From NCBI RefSeq assembly GCF_963921235.1, contig NC_086108.1, positions 32,676,001 through 32,740,000 of the forward strand: 64,000 nt of DNA. Reading direction: 5' to 3'. The notes beneath the pieces are model-generated. The model did not search any database. It was not told the origin of the DNA and was given only the letters and a program-made list of their open reading frames with translations. Positions 61,623 to 64,000 of the stretch are shown here, one piece after another; position 1 is the stretch's first letter, and each line of letters starts with the position of its first letter. The position numbers and the translations under genes are program-made. Origin of the DNA: Mobula hypostoma (lineage: Eukaryota).

Positions 61623-63366
61623 ATGGGCTCTTAACTTGGTAAGCAGCCTCATGTATGGCACCTTGTCAAAGACCTTCTGAAAGTCCAAATATACAACATC
61701 CACTACATCCCCTTTATCTATACTACTTGTAATCTCCTCGAAGAATTCCTATAGGTTCATCAGGCAGGATTTTCCCTGAAGAAAACCATGCTGACTTTGT
61801 ACAATCTTATTATTTCTCCGGCCTCATTTTCTAGCAGTCCTACATCCACTCTCATTTCTCTTTTATTTTTAACATACTTGAAAAAAAACGTGTACTATCT
61901 ACTTCGATATTATTTGCTAGCTTGCTTTCATATTTCATCTTTTCCTAATGATTATTTTAGTTGCTCTCTGTAGGTTTTAAAAAATTCCCAATTCTCTATC
62001 TTCCCAGTAATTTTTGCTTTGTTGTATGCCCTTTCTTTTGCTTTTACAATAGCTCTGACTTCCCTTGTCAGCCACGATTGTACTACTTTACCATTTGAGT
62101 ATTTCTTCATTTTTGGAATACGCATGTCCTGCACCTTACTCATTTTTCCCAGAAACACACACCATTGCAGTTCTGCTGACATCCCTGTCAGCAGCTCCTT
62201 CCAATTTACTTTGGCCAACTCCCCTCTCACACTGTAATTTCCGTTACTCCACTGAAATACTGCTACATCAGACTTTACTTTCTCCCTATCAAATTTCAAA
62301 TTGTACCCAATCATATTGTGATCGCTGGTTCCTAAGGGTTCTTTTACCTTAAGCTCCCTATCGTCTCCAGATCATTACATAACACCCAATCCAAACTGGA
62401 TTGACAAACTGCTCTGAAAAGCTATCTCTTAGGCATTCAACAAACTCACTCTCTTGAAATCCATTACCAACCTGATTTTTCCCAATCGACCTGCATGTTA
62501 AAGTCTCCCATGATTACCATAACATTGCCCTTTTGACTTGCCTTTTCTGTTTCCTTTTGTAACCTGTGGTCCACCTCCCAGCCACTGTTGGGAGGTCTGT
62601 AAACAACTGCCAACAACGTCCTTTTACCCTTGCAGTTTCTTAACTCAACTCACAAGGATCAAAACATCCTCCAATCCTATGTCACATTCTTCTACCGATA
62701 TGACAACATTCTTTACCAGCAGAGCCACACCAACCCCTCTGCCTACCTTCCTGTCCCTATGATATAACGTGTAGCCTTGGACATTTAGCTCCCAACTACA
62801 ACCATCCTTCAGTCCTAATTCAATGATGGCCACAACATCATACCTGACAAGCTGTAATATTGCAACAAGATCATCCACCTTATTTCTTATACCAAGTGCA
62901 TTTAGATACAACACCTTGAGTACCATATTTGCCGACCTTTCTGATTCTATATCCCTAATGATTTGATACTCAGCCTGTTGGCTACAACTAAGTCCCATCA
63001 CCTGCCTGCACTTCCTAACAGTCTGACTGCACACTACCTTTACTTTTTTACCATCCATCCTATCCTGAGTCCCTTCACTCTGGTTCCCACCCCCCTGCAA
63101 AATTAGTTTAAACCCTCCCCAACAGCTCTAACAAACCTGCCCGTGAGAATATAGTCAGGAAAAGGAAAATAGTTAGACAGTCATTACCAAGCAGAGTTTT
63201 CAGAGATGGGGTCAAGATGCAGGAAAGCGATAATTTCAACATTACTGACTTAAATAATATTACTTTCTCTTTCCAGAATTCTGGATTATTTCAATGACCC
63301 ACAGAATACACTATTAAGTACCTTGTTTAGACTGACCAGATCTTTGCACATCTTCTGTGTTGATTA

Positions 63367-64000
63367 CAGGTATCTCCCACTTTTCGAAAGTTTGCTTTAC
63401 GCCACTTCGCTTTTACGAAAAACCTACATTAGTAGCTGTTTTCGCTAACTGAAAGAAATCCGAAGAGGATTTTCGCTTTTACAAAAAAAGGCGAAAAGCG
63501 AAAATAGCGTTCAGTGTTTGTTTTGCAGCAAGCCGTTATAGAGGCAGCGCGCACCCCGAGCAGCGAGAGTGGCGCCGCCAAGCGCCTTCCCCGGGAACTA
63601 CACTCAGCATCTCAGCATCAAGCCGCCACAGCTTTGAACTGTGTCTGTGAGCATCTGTGCTTTAATCTTGTGCATCCGTTAGCAAGATGTGTCCTAAGAT
63701 ATCAGAAAAGCCTAAGAGAGCTCGTAAGGGTGTTACGCTTAGCGTAAAACTGGACGTAATTAAGCGTTTCGATCGTGGTGAATGAAATAAAGACATTGTG
63801 CGTGCGTTTCAACCTTCCAGTGTGCTCGCTGTCTTCCTGATTCTGGTAAGTGAAACTACACTGTACATACATTATTTCTACTTTATATAGGCTGTGTATT
63901 CATCATATCATTCCTGCTTTTACTATATGTTACTGTTATTTTAGGTTTTATGTGTTATTTGATAGGTTATTTTTTGGGTCTGGGGACGCTCAAAAATTTT
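63367..64000 (+). mobile_element. Tigger/pogo-like DNA transposon, internally deleted, runs off the window
   Basis: TA|CAGGTA start; MCPKISEKPKRARKGVTLSVKLDVIKRFDRGE*NKDIVRA from ~63687 resembles the CENP-B-type HTH N-terminus. Confidence 0.7.

Larger units (their letters stand above)
58851..63150 (-). mobile_element. CR1 LINE ORF2 (EN to 3' tail), interrupted
   Basis: LKVLYLNALGIRNKVDDL (EN); QKDLDRLGEWARKWQMKYNVGKC; LERVQRRFTRMIPG; TCTTATGGTCTT tail ending at 58851. Confidence 0.9.

Overview
Repeat-rich vertebrate genomic DNA. The repeat families (CR1 with esterase ORF1, V-SINE-like SINEs, Rex1/Babar, Penelope) suggest a cartilaginous fish, probably a ray; this is an inference. The only host gene I can support is a minus-strand flavin-containing monooxygenase (FMO5-like). 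Six coding exons (4-9 in mammalian numbering, 58833 down to the stop at 35922) have GT-AG boundaries and matching phases; the N-terminal exons lie beyond 64000. Most of the rest is nested transposable elements: CR1, Rex1/Babar and L1-clade LINEs, a full-length decayed Gypsy provirus, solo LTRs, a Tc1 inside a MITE, a Tigger-like element, and tRNA- and RTE-type SINEs. The most notable system is a Penelope-like (GIY-YIG) retroelement family with about 11 recognisable copies or arms. Their 3' ends carry a minimal hammerhead-ribozyme motif (5 intact) and a structured tail. They occur as TSD-flanked inverted dimers and as a 103-bp ribozyme-only insertion, and several lie inside FMO introns. A CpG-rich patch near 10 kb with CHR/CCAAT motifs may be the promoter of a second, unidentified gene. 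All calls were made by eye; boundaries without a TSD or splice site are approximate.
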